Shown here: one piece after another, positions 41,089 through 53,314 of the stretch
Layout: each line of letters opens with the position of its first letter
Position numbering within the stretch: the stretch's first letter is position 1
NCBI RefSeq assembly: GCF_018350175.1
Contig: NC_058368.1
Span: forward strand, 28,770,001 to 28,834,000
Length of the DNA stretch: 64,000 nucleotides
Direction of reading: 5' to 3'
Source: Felis catus
Lineage: Eukaryota
The notes under the pieces: generated by a model
What the model was told of the DNA's origin: nothing
Databases searched by the model: none
The model's input: the letters and a program-made list of their open reading frames with translations, nothing else
Made by a program: the position numbers and the translations under genes

Positions 41089-41296
41089 TTTTTAACATTT
41101 TATTTATTTTCAAGGAATAGGGACAGAATGTGAGTGGGGGAGGGGCAGAGAGAGAGGGAGACACAGAATCCAAAGCAGGCTCCAGGCTTCGAGCTGTCAG
41201 CACAGAGCCCTGCACAGGGCTCAAAACCATGATCTGTAAGATCATGACCTGAGCCGAAGTTGGGCACTCGAACCAACTGAGCCAACCAGGCACCCC
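41089..41296 (-). mobile_element. CanSINE (right member of a tail-to-tail pair)
   Basis: Reverse SINE ending caggcacccc. Confidence 0.95.
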
Positions 41297-42256
41297 TATT
41301 TTAAAATAATAATAAAAGAAAGGATTAATAACAATACCCAATAAGCCCAGAGTTTTCTTTTAGGCTCTTTTCATATAATCGGGCAATTATTTTTATCGTG
41401 GTTCTGACTATTGTCCATTCATTCCTTGATATATAAAAAGAATTAAAAGAACCTATTTTCAGCTTACGAGAATTTATAATTGCCTTCTATCAATCTTCAG
41501 TTTGGTGGACAATTTTTCTTATAGTTTAAGTAAACTTACTGCATTGCAACTTAAATTTGTTCTCTCTATTCTGTATCCAGCTAAAATAAAGCTCCTTTCC
41601 AGTGTCTTTAATTTTTTGAAAAACTGGTAATCCAAAGCATTTTACAGACCATTCCAAAGAACAGACAAACAGCAATTCACTTTTAATCTAGTATGATTTT
41701 GGTAACTGAACCAGACAAGAATAATGTATGAAAGGAAAATTACAAATCACAATCATGGAATAGGTGCAAAAGTTTTAAAAGAAATGCTAACAAACTAATT
41801 CTAACTAATTACATATATACATATATACACATATATATGTATGTGTATACATATATATATATATAAAATCATGAGCAATTTTGAATTATCTCAAGAATGT
41901 GAAGGAAGTTTAATATTCTGTTTTTTAGTTCATTATATTAACAAATTAGAAAAAATATTATTTTAATAAATGAGTAAAAAGGATTTGATGAAACCTAACA
42001 ACCAAACCTAAAAACAAACCAAAGCAAAAACACCAAATTCTTAGTAAACCAGGAATATTCTTAGTAAACCATGAAGAGAAGGAAAATTCTTCAATCTGAT
42101 AAAAGGTATATACCCCAAATTTAGAGCAAACATATTTATGATAAAATACACATATTTCCTTTAGAATTAGGAATAGAACAAGAATGTCACCTATCTGTCC
42201 TTTCAGTCAGAGCATTTGCCCAAAATTATCTAATTGGCTACATAAAAAATTCAAAA

Positions 42257-42382
42257 GGAGCACCTGGGTGGCTCAGTTTGTTAAGCATTCGACTCTTAGT
42301 TTCAGCTCAGGTCATGATCTCATAGTTCATGGGTTCAAGACCTATGTTAGGCTCCACAATGGCAGTTTGGAGCCTGCTTGGG

Positions 42383-42432
<50 letters not shown>

Positions 42433-42754
42433 TCTCTCTCTTTCTCTCTCTCTCTCTCTGTATGTCCCCCTCTCAATCTCTCTCTCTCTCTTTCTCTTTT
42501 TTTTTTTTTTAAATTTTTTTTTTCAACGTTTATTTATTTTTGGGACAGAGAGAGACAGAGCATGAACGGGGGAGGGGCAGAGAGAGAGGGAGACACAGAA
42601 TCAGAAACAGGCTCCAGGCTCTGAGCCATCAGCCTAGAGCCTGACGCGGGGCTCGAACTCACGGATCGCGAGATCGTGACCTGGCTGAAGTCGGATGCCC
42701 AACCGACTGCGCCACCCAGGCTCCCCTCTCTCTCTTTCAAAATAAAAAAAAAAA
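42257..42754 (+). mobile_element. CanSINE with a long (CT)n, interrupted by an antisense SINE
   Basis: Head at 42257, CT tract 42385-42496, tail resumes at 42727-42754. Confidence 0.9.
42497..42726 (-). mobile_element. Young felid SINE nested antisense within the preceding SINE
   Basis: CpG-rich body with gccatcagcc; flanked by tctctctctttc on both sides. Confidence 0.95.
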
Positions 42755-44642
42755 TCAAGAGAAACTATCTATAAATCATTAGAACAAATAGAGATTAGTG
42801 AGATGACTTATAAATCCATATCAGCGACTTTTCTATATTCTACTAACAATCAACTGAGGAAGTCTTTTTTTTTAAATAATCCTATTCAAAATAATAGTAG
42901 AAATCTTTGAGCACCTAAGAACAAATCTAATGATATGTAATGCTTTTATGGAGGAAAGCATAAATCTTTATTGAAAGCCATAAAGACTTAAATAAAAGGG
43001 AAGCTATACTATATTCATGAAAAGGGAGATTCAGAATTATAAAGCTATTATACTCCAAACTTATATATAGTTATTATTTGGTCGTATTCCACCAAGGTTA
43101 TACAGAATTTGACAAGCTGATCTCAAAATTATCATGGAAATAATAACAAAGGAAGTTTTGGGGAAGATTAAGGAGTTGTACTTTATCAGATGTACCAAGA
43201 TCCATTATGAAGCTATATTCATTATTACAGGATGGGATTGGTACAAGGAAAGACAAATGAACTATTAGAATAGACTATGGAGCCCAGAAGCAGACCCATG
43301 TATTTGTGGAAAGTTAGTATATGTTAGAAGTAACATTATAAATCAGTGTGGGAATGGACATACTTATCAATAAATGGTTAAAAATTAAAAATACCCATTT
43401 TATCCCTTACAAAAAAGTAAAATATGTATATATGATATAAACCCTATAAGCCAGTCTACAAGTTATGAGCCACAAACTAAGAGATGTTTGATAAAATTTA
43501 TAATCACAAAAAGATTGGTATTCAGGGACTATAAAGTATCCAAATTAATGAGATGAAAGAATCAACCGTAAATGGGCAAAGGATGAATAGACATGCACAG
43601 AAGTTAATTCAGATGACCAATAAATATTTGAAAAGATGTTCAACTTTATTATTAATTGGGGAAATGAGATTTTAAAACAATAATCAGCTATCATTTCATA
43701 CTTTTATAATTTTTACCTGTAAAAATTAACATTTTTTTGTCAATAGAAGAAAATGGAATTCTATTAAAGCTGTTGGGATGGAAGTCTCCTCACTTTAGAG
43801 TTACCTCACATTATCTTTATACTTAAGTATATTAATACTCTGATTTGGCAATTCTTTTTCTTGATATCACCTCAGAGAAAGACTTAAATGAATGTATAAG
43901 GAGGCATATGTAAGAATGTTCACTGCATCATTGTTTGTAACAGTGAAAAATTGGAAACAGCCCATCTATCCATCAGTAGGGAATGAATATATAAATTGAC
44001 ATAGTCACATAATGAGATAGTATACATTAGTTAAAATGAAGTAGATCTGTCTGTAATATCAAGCAGAAAATGGGCAGTTTGCAAGAGGAAATTTGGGATA
44101 TGTTGCCATGTATAAAAATGCTAAATGTGACAAAAATGCAATATAGTTTTATTCATACTAATATAGCAAAATAAAAATGTGGACAGGAGAGATACATAAC
44201 ACTTTCAGCGTGAGAATTACCTCCAGAGATGAAAAGAGATTAATAGACTATTTAATATCCTCTGTAACTTTCTATATGCTTGCAATATTTCATAGTTAAA
44301 AAAATTCAAAAACTTAAAATTACTCACTTTTAACACTCGTAAATATTTTACTGAATTAAATAGTCAACTAATTTTTCCAGTGTTATCACCTGACCACAAT
44401 AAAACTCTCTTTGTCACCACCCTATGACACTTTGCAAAAAAGTAAAACAGCTATCTTGTTTATTCATTATCTGTTGACTTTAGCAAGGCTACAAACTCAA
44501 AAACCTTTTTTACTAACCTTCTATTCAAGATAGCACAATTGCAGGAAGGAAAAAAAAATTATGGGCACATAAAGTTTTTTCCTTTTTTTAGTGACCTCAT
44601 TCCATATTGAAGTACTGAAAAGAAATTGAGTTTCGCAAAAAA

Positions 44643-44864
44643 TTTTTATTTTATTTTTTTAAATATTTTTATTTATTTTTGAGACAGAGAGAGAGAGCAT
44701 GAGCAGGGGAGGGGCAGAGAAAGAGGGAGACACAGAATCTGAAGCAGGCTCCAGGCTCTGAGCTGTCAGCACAGAGCTAGATACGGGGCTTGAACTCACA
44801 GACCGTGAGATCATGACCTGAGCTGAAGTCGGACGCTCAACCGACTGAGCCACCCAGGCACCCC
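44643..44864 (-). mobile_element. CanSINE (left member of a head-to-head pair)
   Basis: Reverse SINE; TSD caaaaaattttta. Confidence 0.95.
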
Positions 44865-44896
44865 CCCCAAAAAATTTTTAAAAGTTGACATAATTT

Positions 44897-45108
44897 GGGG
44901 CACCTGGGTGGCTCAGTCAGTTAAGCATCTGACTTTAGCTCAGGTCACGATCTCATAGTTCATGAGTTCGAGCCCCACGTCGGGCTCTGTTCTGACAGCT
45001 CAGAGCCTGGAGCTTGCTTCAGATTCTGTGTCTCCCGCTCTCTCTGCCCCTCCCCCACTCAGTCTATGTCTCTGTCTCTCAAAAATAAAATAAATAAACA
45101 TTTTTTTT
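44897..45108 (+). mobile_element. CanSINE (right member of a head-to-head pair)
   Basis: TSD aaaagttgacataattt. Confidence 0.95.
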
Positions 45109-45242
45109 AAAAAGTTGACATAATTTATATTAATGAAATCTATTATTTAGCAGACACAATCCAAAGAAATTCTCTAGTTTAAATTTGTTAAACATTAAAT
45201 TTATTAAGTATTAACTTGGCTTTTAAAAATCTTGTTAATTTT

Positions 45243-45455
45243 GGGGTGCCTGGGTGGCTCAGTTGGTTGAGTGTCCAACTTCAGCTCAGGTCATGATCTC
45301 ACAGCTTGTGAGTTCGAGCCCTGCGTCAGGCTCTGTGCTGACAGCTGAGAGCCTGGAGCCTGTTTCAGATTCTGTGTCTCCATCTCTCTCAGCTCCTTAC
45401 TCACTCACAATCTGTCTATCTCTCTCTCTCAAAAATAAATAAACATTAAAAAAAA
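45243..45455 (+). mobile_element. CanSINE
   Basis: TSD aaaaatc(t/c)tgttaatt. Confidence 0.95.
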
Positions 45456-45494
45456 TCCTGTTAATTGAATTTTTAAAATACTTTTCATTTATTT

Positions 45495-45686
45495 GGGGGT
45501 GCCTGGGTGGCCCAGTCAGTTAAGTGTCTGACTGTTGATTTTGGCTCAGGTTGTGAGATTGAGCCACATGTTGGGCTCCTCACAAGCATGGAGCCTGCTT
45601 GGAATTTTCTTTCTCTCCCTCTCTCTCTGCCCCTCCCATGCTTGCATTCTCTCTCTGTCTCTCAAAATAAATACACTTAAAAAAAA
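45495..45686 (+). mobile_element. CanSINE, older
   Basis: Head, CT tract and A tail. Confidence 0.9.
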
Positions 45687-46461
45687 TTTTTTTTTAATTT
45701 ACTTGTGTATGGCAGTTGAGTTCAGACTGGAACATTTCTTCATCTGAGGGAATGGTTTGCTAAGTGCCTTATCCTCATATCCTATAATATGTACACCAAG
45801 TCTTGGAGCTAGATGTATATTTAATTTTCTGGATAGTTGAAAACCTAAGAAGCCAAAGGAAAGAAACTTTAGAAGATTAGGAAGTTATTAGGTATTTTAC
45901 ATTTTAAAAGTTCTTTTATTGTGGAAGAGTTAATTAGAAGTTCCTATAACAAGGGTTCTACTCCATGCAAGTATTTTGTATTCTGCTTATAGAAAATCTT
46001 GGGGTAATGATCCTTGAGCATAGAAACTTTAGGCAGAGCTATAAGAATTAGAAATGAAGATTAACAGTCTCTGACATGGAGGTAATGAGGAAATTTTCCC
46101 AGTCACCAAAAACTCAGTTTACAGGCAATATTTTTCAAGAATTCCCTGTAACATAAAATGAATGACATCTATATAAAATTTCCACTCTTTTTACATTATT
46201 AACCAATTAATTTTTAAAAAAATCATTAAGCCTGATAGAACTAATCATACACAGTATTAAATGATTATAAGGATTATCGCTGATGTGTATTTTTTGTTGT
46301 TCTGAAAAATTATTTTTCTTTCTGGAGAGACTAGCGATTTATTTCTGGCTTTACAATTGCTGTTCTGTGTTTTAAGGGTATAATTTCAAAAATCTAGATA
46401 TTCTTTACATGTTTCTGTTATTCAACTTACTCTTATAAGCCTAGCAGATATCAATTATTTT

Positions 46462-46694
46462 ATTTTTTTTTTTTTAATTTTTTTTTTCAATGTTTTTTTA
46501 TTTATTTTTGGGACAGAGAGAGACAGAGCATGAACGGGGGAGGGGCAGAGAGAGAGGGAGACACAGCATCGGAAACAGGCTCCAGGCTCCGAGCCATCAG
46601 CCCAGAGCCCGACGCGGGGCTCGAACTCACGGACCGCGAGATCGTGACCTGGCTGAAGTCGGATGCTTAACCGACTGCGCCACCCAGGCGCCCC
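46462..46694 (-). mobile_element. Very young felid SINE
   Basis: CpG-rich; perfect 16-bp TSD agatatcaattatttt. Confidence 0.97.
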
Positions 46695-46834
46695 AGATAT
46701 CAATTATTTTTATAGGCCTTTGAAAAATGTTTGGTTCCATTTATCTTCCAAATATCTTGGCTAAATTAACTGTCTTCAAATATTTGAAATTTGTCGATAA
46801 ATTTTATGTATGCTATTTCCTTTTAAGTACTTCA

Positions 46835-47050
46835 ATTAATTTTTTTTTTTTAACGTTTATTTATTTTTGAGACAGAGAGAGAGCATGAACGGGGGAGGGG
46901 CAGAGAGAGAGGGGGACACAGAATCGGAAGCAGGCTCCAGGCTCTGGGCCATCAGCCCAGATCCCGACGCGGGGCTCGAACTCACGGACCGCAAGATCGT
47001 GACCCGGGCTGAAGTCGGACGCTTAACCGACTGAGCCACCCAGGCGCCCC
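46835..47050 (-). mobile_element. Very young felid SINE
   Basis: CpG-rich; perfect 17-bp TSD tccttttaagtacttca. Confidence 0.97.
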
Positions 47051-47870
47051 TCCTTTTAAGTACTTCAGATAGCTTAATTAACAAACAAAACCTTTCCAGG
47101 AAAGTAAATAACTCACAAAGATAATGAACTAACTTTATAAATAGAATGAGCCATAAGTTGCTTTAAATATTCAAGTGCTGTTTATAAATTAAGATTAAAA
47201 TCACAGGTATCAATTAATTAATTACACACTCTAAATAGAAATCACAGTCTACCTGATAGCCCCTGACCCCCACAGTCTTTTTCTCCCACTCTTACTACTA
47301 ATAGTAATACCTCTCTTTCCTGCACTGGTAATTTGGGAACATCCCTGTCCTTACTCTAGCTTCTCATACTACCATCCTGAGAATCCCTATCTTACTCCTT
47401 AATCCAAAGATTGTATCTCACTTTCAGTTAGCCTAGGGAAACTACCTCTGTTTTTGTTTCCTAGAATGTGGTTGAATAATTCTTTAGTTTTTTGTTCAAC
47501 CAAGACTGTAGAGACTGGAGACTTTCCAATTCTATTTTTACTGATAGTAAATGAAGCTAATGACAATAATGATTTTAAAAAGGCATTATGATGCCCCTAA
47601 TAGTGATAAATACCCTTGAAAACTTTACAGCAGAGTATGTGTTTGTTTTTGTTATAGGGAAGTAGGACAGAAAGAGTGATGTCTCATTCATTCACTCACT
47701 TATTCTGTGAAAGCCCACAGAAGGAGAGGAAAAAGCAAGTAGAAAATATCAGTGAGCAATAGGAAAAGAAGCCGTTAACTAGAAAAAAATTGAAACCTAG
47801 AAAAAATTAAGGTTGAGCTAATACAACCTGACACACTTTATTTTCTTCATTTGTGGGATGAGCCAGTATC

Positions 47871-48075
47871 TTTTTTTTTTACATTTATTTATTTATTTTG
47901 AGAGAGACAGAGACCGCACAAGAGGGGGAGGGGCAGGGAAAGAGGGGGAGAGAGAATCCCAAGCAGGTCCGTGCTGTCAGGACAGAGCCTGGTACAGGGC
48001 TTGAACTCAAACTGTGAGTTCATGAAAGCCGAAACCAAGAGTCTGACACTTAACGACTGAGCCATCCAGGCGCCC
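47871..48075 (-). mobile_element. CanSINE
   Basis: TSD tga(g/t)ccagt(a/g)tctttt. Confidence 0.92.
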
Positions 48076-49704
48076 TGATCCAGTGTCTTTTAAAATGTAG
48101 GTTCTAGAAGTGGGATATTTTCAACTTCCATACTACCTCTGATTATTTGGTAGTTGTATCTGGGTGTGAGGTTGAAAACAGTTCGGAAACATGTTCAAGC
48201 TCAGTAGAAAAGAGTATCACATTGGCAAGCAATGCCTGCCACTGCTATTGGAAGGGAGACATGCATACCTTTTGCAGTTCTCTATGGGCTTTGGAGGGCA
48301 ATCTAGAAATGTTTCAGTACAGGGGCAAAGGAGAATGTGTCGACGGCAGACTGTATAGATGAAAGGGGTTTGGGGGGATAGTGATGGAGTCTCAGCTTGC
48401 AAGTGGTTATTGTCAATCACGATGGTCTGAAAGGAAGTAATGGAGATGGAGCTGCAGGGCCTAATGTTACCAGGCCAGACTCCAGTTTGTGGTGTAGAGG
48501 AGAGAGGAAAGGGGGGCATGGTGCCAAGGTAAGGGCTCAGGAAACAAGATAAAAGCCCACTTATTGGGTCTGAGAGAGAAGGTGAGGCCTTGGTTTTGGA
48601 CACAGTCTAAGAACTGTGATGAAAGGTCAGAGGTGAGCAACAGTAAGTCCTACTTGATGCTGAACCAATGAGCTACTGACCTAGAGTTATAGAAATCCCC
48701 CTATCATAGCCTGGAACCAAAATGATGCAGTAGGTGGGAGATAGTGTCAGATATGTGGATTATATCACAGGGTCAGGAAATCGATCAGTTCTTCACACGC
48801 TCATTCATTTGCCTTCTCACTCACACCAACATCTCTTTTATTCGAGCGCACACTCAAGGCTGTGGGAACCACCACCAAGGATTTAGAGCTATGGAAAGCC
48901 TAAATTAGAAGTGTTATGTTCTTAGTATGTTTATTTGGAATATCGTGGCACACAGTGGTTAGCTTATAGTAGTATAACTCAGGTAATGGGTTAAAAATGA
49001 TTTCTGTGGGCTCACTTGGGATCATAAGTTCCAGATATAACTTTATTTGTGTGGCTGGGAAACTCCATTTTCATCATCCAAGCTCATGATGTTCGCACAA
49101 TCTACCTGTAGATGAAGAATGCCTCTGTCACTCACCAGATTATTATTTTGACAACATTCATATAGAATAGACAAGCAGGTGTATTTTTTTTAAATGGAAG
49201 GAAAGACCAAGCTGGATAACCCTAAATTGAGTAATTTGTGTTAGAAAGTAAACATCATTAATCCGCTTCCACTAATTTGAATTTCTGATTGCCAGGTTGG
49301 AGCAGGTTAAAGCGTTATTTTATCTATTTAAGAAAATTTGATAATCCAGTTAAACAGTTAAACAAGATTTATGAGGCACACTAAATCCATTTTAAGAAGT
49401 AAATTATTTTAAGTCTTGTCCTATAAAATATTGTATATAAATGAATACTGCTAATTACACATAAATTTTACTTATTAAAGGAGTTCAACAAACATACTTC
49501 ATCTTCACAGGTGCTTGAAATTTATATTCCAAAATTTTTCATGGGTTTCACAGAGCAAGACTGACACTCCATAAATGGTAATATTGAGATAGAGAGGGAG
49601 GAGAGAAAGAGTTTGCGTGGGTACGTGCCAAAAGATATTTAGGAATCACAGAAACCTTTGACTTTACATTATATCCTTCTCCACCCCCTCCCCCCATCCA
49701 CCAG

Positions 49705-49811
49705 GTTCTTACCAAGCCTTGCAAGGTCAGCATTAGAAAAAAACCTGGCAGATGCTGCAATAGAAATAAATGCTGATAATAATCAGGAACCAGAATTGGA
49801 GGATTGTAAGT
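49705..49811 (+). CDS. VWA8: VWA8 exon F (107 nt, phase 2->1): (R)FLPSLARSALEKNLADAAIEINADNNQEPELEDCK(C)
   Basis: C-rich tract with ccag|G acceptor and AGT|gtaagt donor. An alternative donor 6 nt upstream would end the exon at 49805. Confidence 0.92.
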
Positions 49812-52800
49812 GTAAGTATTCAATTTGTTTCTTAAGTGAAATAGTAATTATCAGATATTTGTATTATTGTTTTAATTTCAATAAAAAATGGTTTTGTTTT
49901 CCATCTACTTTGTTTTATGCATTAGGTTGAAGAAATGAATCTTTCCTTTAAAAAAAAAATTCAAACCCACATACAAGTTAGATCTTAGAATATTTCCTTT
50001 GTTTCAATGCATACCAGATACTGGTCCTTCCATCACAATTGAGACAAACCTGTTCAAGGCCCTGAGAATCCCTGCCATAAATAAACTTACGTGATTTTGT
50101 TTTACCTTTTTTTCCAAACGTATTTCACCGTAGAATCTAGAATTCTGTTTCCTTTGCACAACATTTACATTTTGAGGACCACTGGTGCCCTGCAGGATAT
50201 GTTTGGGAAACTGTTCTAGTTTGATGTGGACTAAAATAATACTCAGAGTACAATTTCATGCCTTCTTATCTTTCCATTTCCACCCTTATTGTCTTTTGTG
50301 ATTCTCTTCTTCTGGATAACCATTTAAGTATAATTTTAGGGAGGTTTACCCCTTTCTATAAATGTTCCCTGTTCTTCAAATAAAACACAACAAAAGGTTC
50401 TCTATGTTTTGAGGTAATTACCTGTTGTATGAAAAATCCGTGTGACCACTGTCTAATGAGGGCTTATTGTGACTGTCTTTGTAATAGATGCTTTTAATAG
50501 TTGGGGCTACACCGAGACAGGAATTTGGTGTTGAAGAAATGAGATGACTTTTTTAGAGTAAAATTATAAACTCCACATACCAATGGATCTGGGCACAGAT
50601 AGGCCCAGCCACCTCAAGGAGATGGAATAACTCTGGGGCCTGGAGACTCATATGTTACTTGACTAAACCTTTTAACGTATCCAAAGAAAGCCCGTGTCGT
50701 TCTGACTGTAGATTCTTGTTCAGTCTTGGTACCAGGTCAGTGTCAGCAGTTCCCATCTGTGCCTTGCGTAGGGGATAAGGAACCTAAAAGACTTTTGACT
50801 CATATGGTTCCATTTATCTTTGATGTCATCTCTCTTGAGGAGAATTCGTTTAATGTACTCTCCTTGTTCGAAGGACAAGGTTCACCGAATAACCTTCTGA
50901 CGAGGATTTGGCTTTCCGTGTAGGTCTCCCCCTCTGAATAATATGCTGCAATGGCAACGAGTGTACCCTGTGGTCCATAGGAAAGTTGCAGTTTTCATTG
51001 TGTTGTAGTATTTTCAATTCTTATTTTCTGTATCAGAATTTATGTATAGATCAGAATATGTGTGTTTAATAATATTCTCCTGGGAGTTAGGTTTGTTGGC
51101 AGTTGACATGACAAAATCAGGTTTTGAGTCTACGAGACTGAGGACCTTGACAAATGGACCCAAATAGTGCCATCCTGTGAGATTTCTTAGCAGACACAGC
51201 TAGCCACCTTTCTCCTAGGAAGTATAAGTATGACCATTCTCTGAGCACATTTCCCTTTCAAGCTTCAAATTTTAACAACCAATGTGAGTTGGGTGAATTA
51301 CATTGTTCTAAAGCCCAAAACCAAACTGAACAGATGTGTTCCATTAACTAAACCATAGATAGTATCAGATGCTACTTGATTCTGAAATTGTATTTGTCAT
51401 CTCAACATAAAAGTACACAGTTAAGTCACTGCCACAATTCTGGTCTTTCTCTGTACGGTTTTATATTGGGTCTGTTTCAGAGACCTGATGGTAGTAAATA
51501 AACAATAGATTCTCAGCGTGACAGCTCATCGTTCTTCTCTATAGAACTTGTAAATAAAAGGGAAATGTCAAGGATCTATTGGAGAGAGAGGTCTACTTTG
51601 CTTTGGCAAACGTGTGGCACTCAGCACTTGATTAAACAGGGTGACAGTTTCATTATTTTTAGCTCAAAATAGTTCACAACACTACTGGTCTTTCAAAATG
51701 CTTTAGCACAAAAGAGCAGTTTTCTTATTTGAAGTGGGGCGGGGTCAGGGAGAAGACAGGTCAGTTGTTTAGGCATTGTAATTATCTGTCCGCTTGCTCC
51801 AGTATTTCCACAGGATGGAATATTATTTGGAGTCAAAGGAGTAAACGTACCCCACTCGGCAGAAAGAACATTATACTTAGTTCTATTTTTAGCTCTACCC
51901 ACGTTAGCTGGGTGGCTTTAAGCAAATTACTTAATATATGTCCTTAGCTTCCTCATAATTCTTGTCTCATTGTTAAGAGAATTACATGAAATTATATGAG
52001 AAAGCATTGAAGCTTCTAGTTTGAGATCTGGACTGTAGAAGGTCCTCAGTAAATTATGGCTTCTGTTGTGATCATCGATGTTACTTTAATAACTACCACT
52101 ATTAATGTCATGATTGGTAACCTTGGAATATGTTAGGCAGTGAACATGTATATCTCTTTACTATAGAAATACATAAGAGATGTGTTCCGTGACTTCAAAT
52201 TTATTATTTAGTTTTAAGGAGCTCATATTCTATTCCAGACCAACTATATAAAGAAAATAGAAGACAATAAAATAGTGATTATCACAGAATAACAGTGTGA
52301 CACATGGGGTTCATACTTGAAAATACAGATCTCCTGGACCATCCCGGAAAATAGTAATTTGAGAGGTCTTGGGTGGGGACGTTGGTTAATCAATATTTTT
52401 TACTAAAACTCTAGGCAGTTCTCATTTGGAGTTTTTTCAAAGGGTAGGTTCCCAAATATTCAAAGTACTTCAGAGCTTTTGAACGTGTATTCAGCCTTGT
52501 TTATGTAATAGTCTCTGATAAAAGAAGCTTATGAAGGCGGCTTGACTGAGTTCTGGTGGGGGGAGCAGTTCTTCTGTAATTGTGTCTATATGCTCTTTGC
52601 TACATACTTTATTTTAAATAAGTTTTATTATATTTTGCAACATTTTAAACATTTTATGTAGAGCTTTGGTGTTTTATTACCACTTTCAAGCTTACTTCAT
52701 TTAGATGTTAATTTAGAAGTCCTTAATGAGCCCACAAGATGTTAAAGATGCTGTATTGCATTATGTCACGATGGACTTGGTTTCTCTGAGGATAGTGCTA

Positions 52801-52833
52801 CGAGTAATCCTCTATCCTGTGGGAAATGTTTAG

Positions 52834-52940
52834 GTGAAGTAGCTTCTGGATCTCTGAGGATTGGAGCTGTTACTGCACCGATCTATAATGCCCGGGAGAG
52901 AATGAAAGTGCCTGATGTTCTGTTCTATGACAACATTCAG
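52834..52940 (+). CDS. VWA8: VWA8 exon G (107 nt, phase 1->0): (C)EVASGSLRIGAVTAPIYNARERMKVPDVLFYDNIQ
   Basis: tgtttag|GT acceptor and CAG|gtaaga donor; in frame. Confidence 0.94.
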
Positions 52941-53074
52941 GTAAGATCACTGCTTTGCATTTATGGATAACACCTCTTACATTGTGGTAATCAACTCCAC
53001 AGTGAAGCTGATATTTAATTAGTTTTATAATTTGCCAAGTTCAATTCACATGATGCAAAATGAGATGTTGAAAC

Positions 53075-53100
53075 TTTTTTTTTTTAATTTTAATGTTTAT

Positions 53101-53144
<44 letters not shown>

Positions 53145-53314
53145 TAGAGCATTAGTGGGGTAGGGACAGAGAGAGAGAGGGAGACACAAAATCCAAAGCA
53201 GGCTCCAGGCTCCGAGCTGTTAACACAGAGCCCAACGCAGGGCTCGAACCCACAAGCCATAAGATGACCTGAGCTGAAGTAGGATGCTCAACTGACTGAG
53301 CTACCCAAGTGCCC
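53075..53314 (-). mobile_element. CanSINE with (GA)n, ~135 bp downstream of exon G
   Basis: Reverse SINE ending cccaagtgccc. Confidence 0.95.

Larger units (their letters stand above)
41600..44310 (+). mobile_element. Highly decayed ancient L1 (ORF2 plus 3' end)
   Basis: A-rich with L1-like islands (gaatttgacaagctgat, agcccagaagcagaccca, aaatgggcaaagga, aagaatgttcactgcatcattgtttgtaa). Confidence 0.75.

Noticed and set aside
42036..42075. Short tandem duplications (attcttagtaaacca x2; also gacttagctatgt x2 near 55758 and gcttat x3 near 17639)
   Set aside because: Ordinary slippage micro-duplications inside decayed repeats.
3097..47084. Many similar short ORFs (MAQ..VMIS..SVLTAQSLEPASDSVSPSLS)
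   Set aside because: These are recurrent translations of CanSINE copies, not a gene family or repeat-spacer array.
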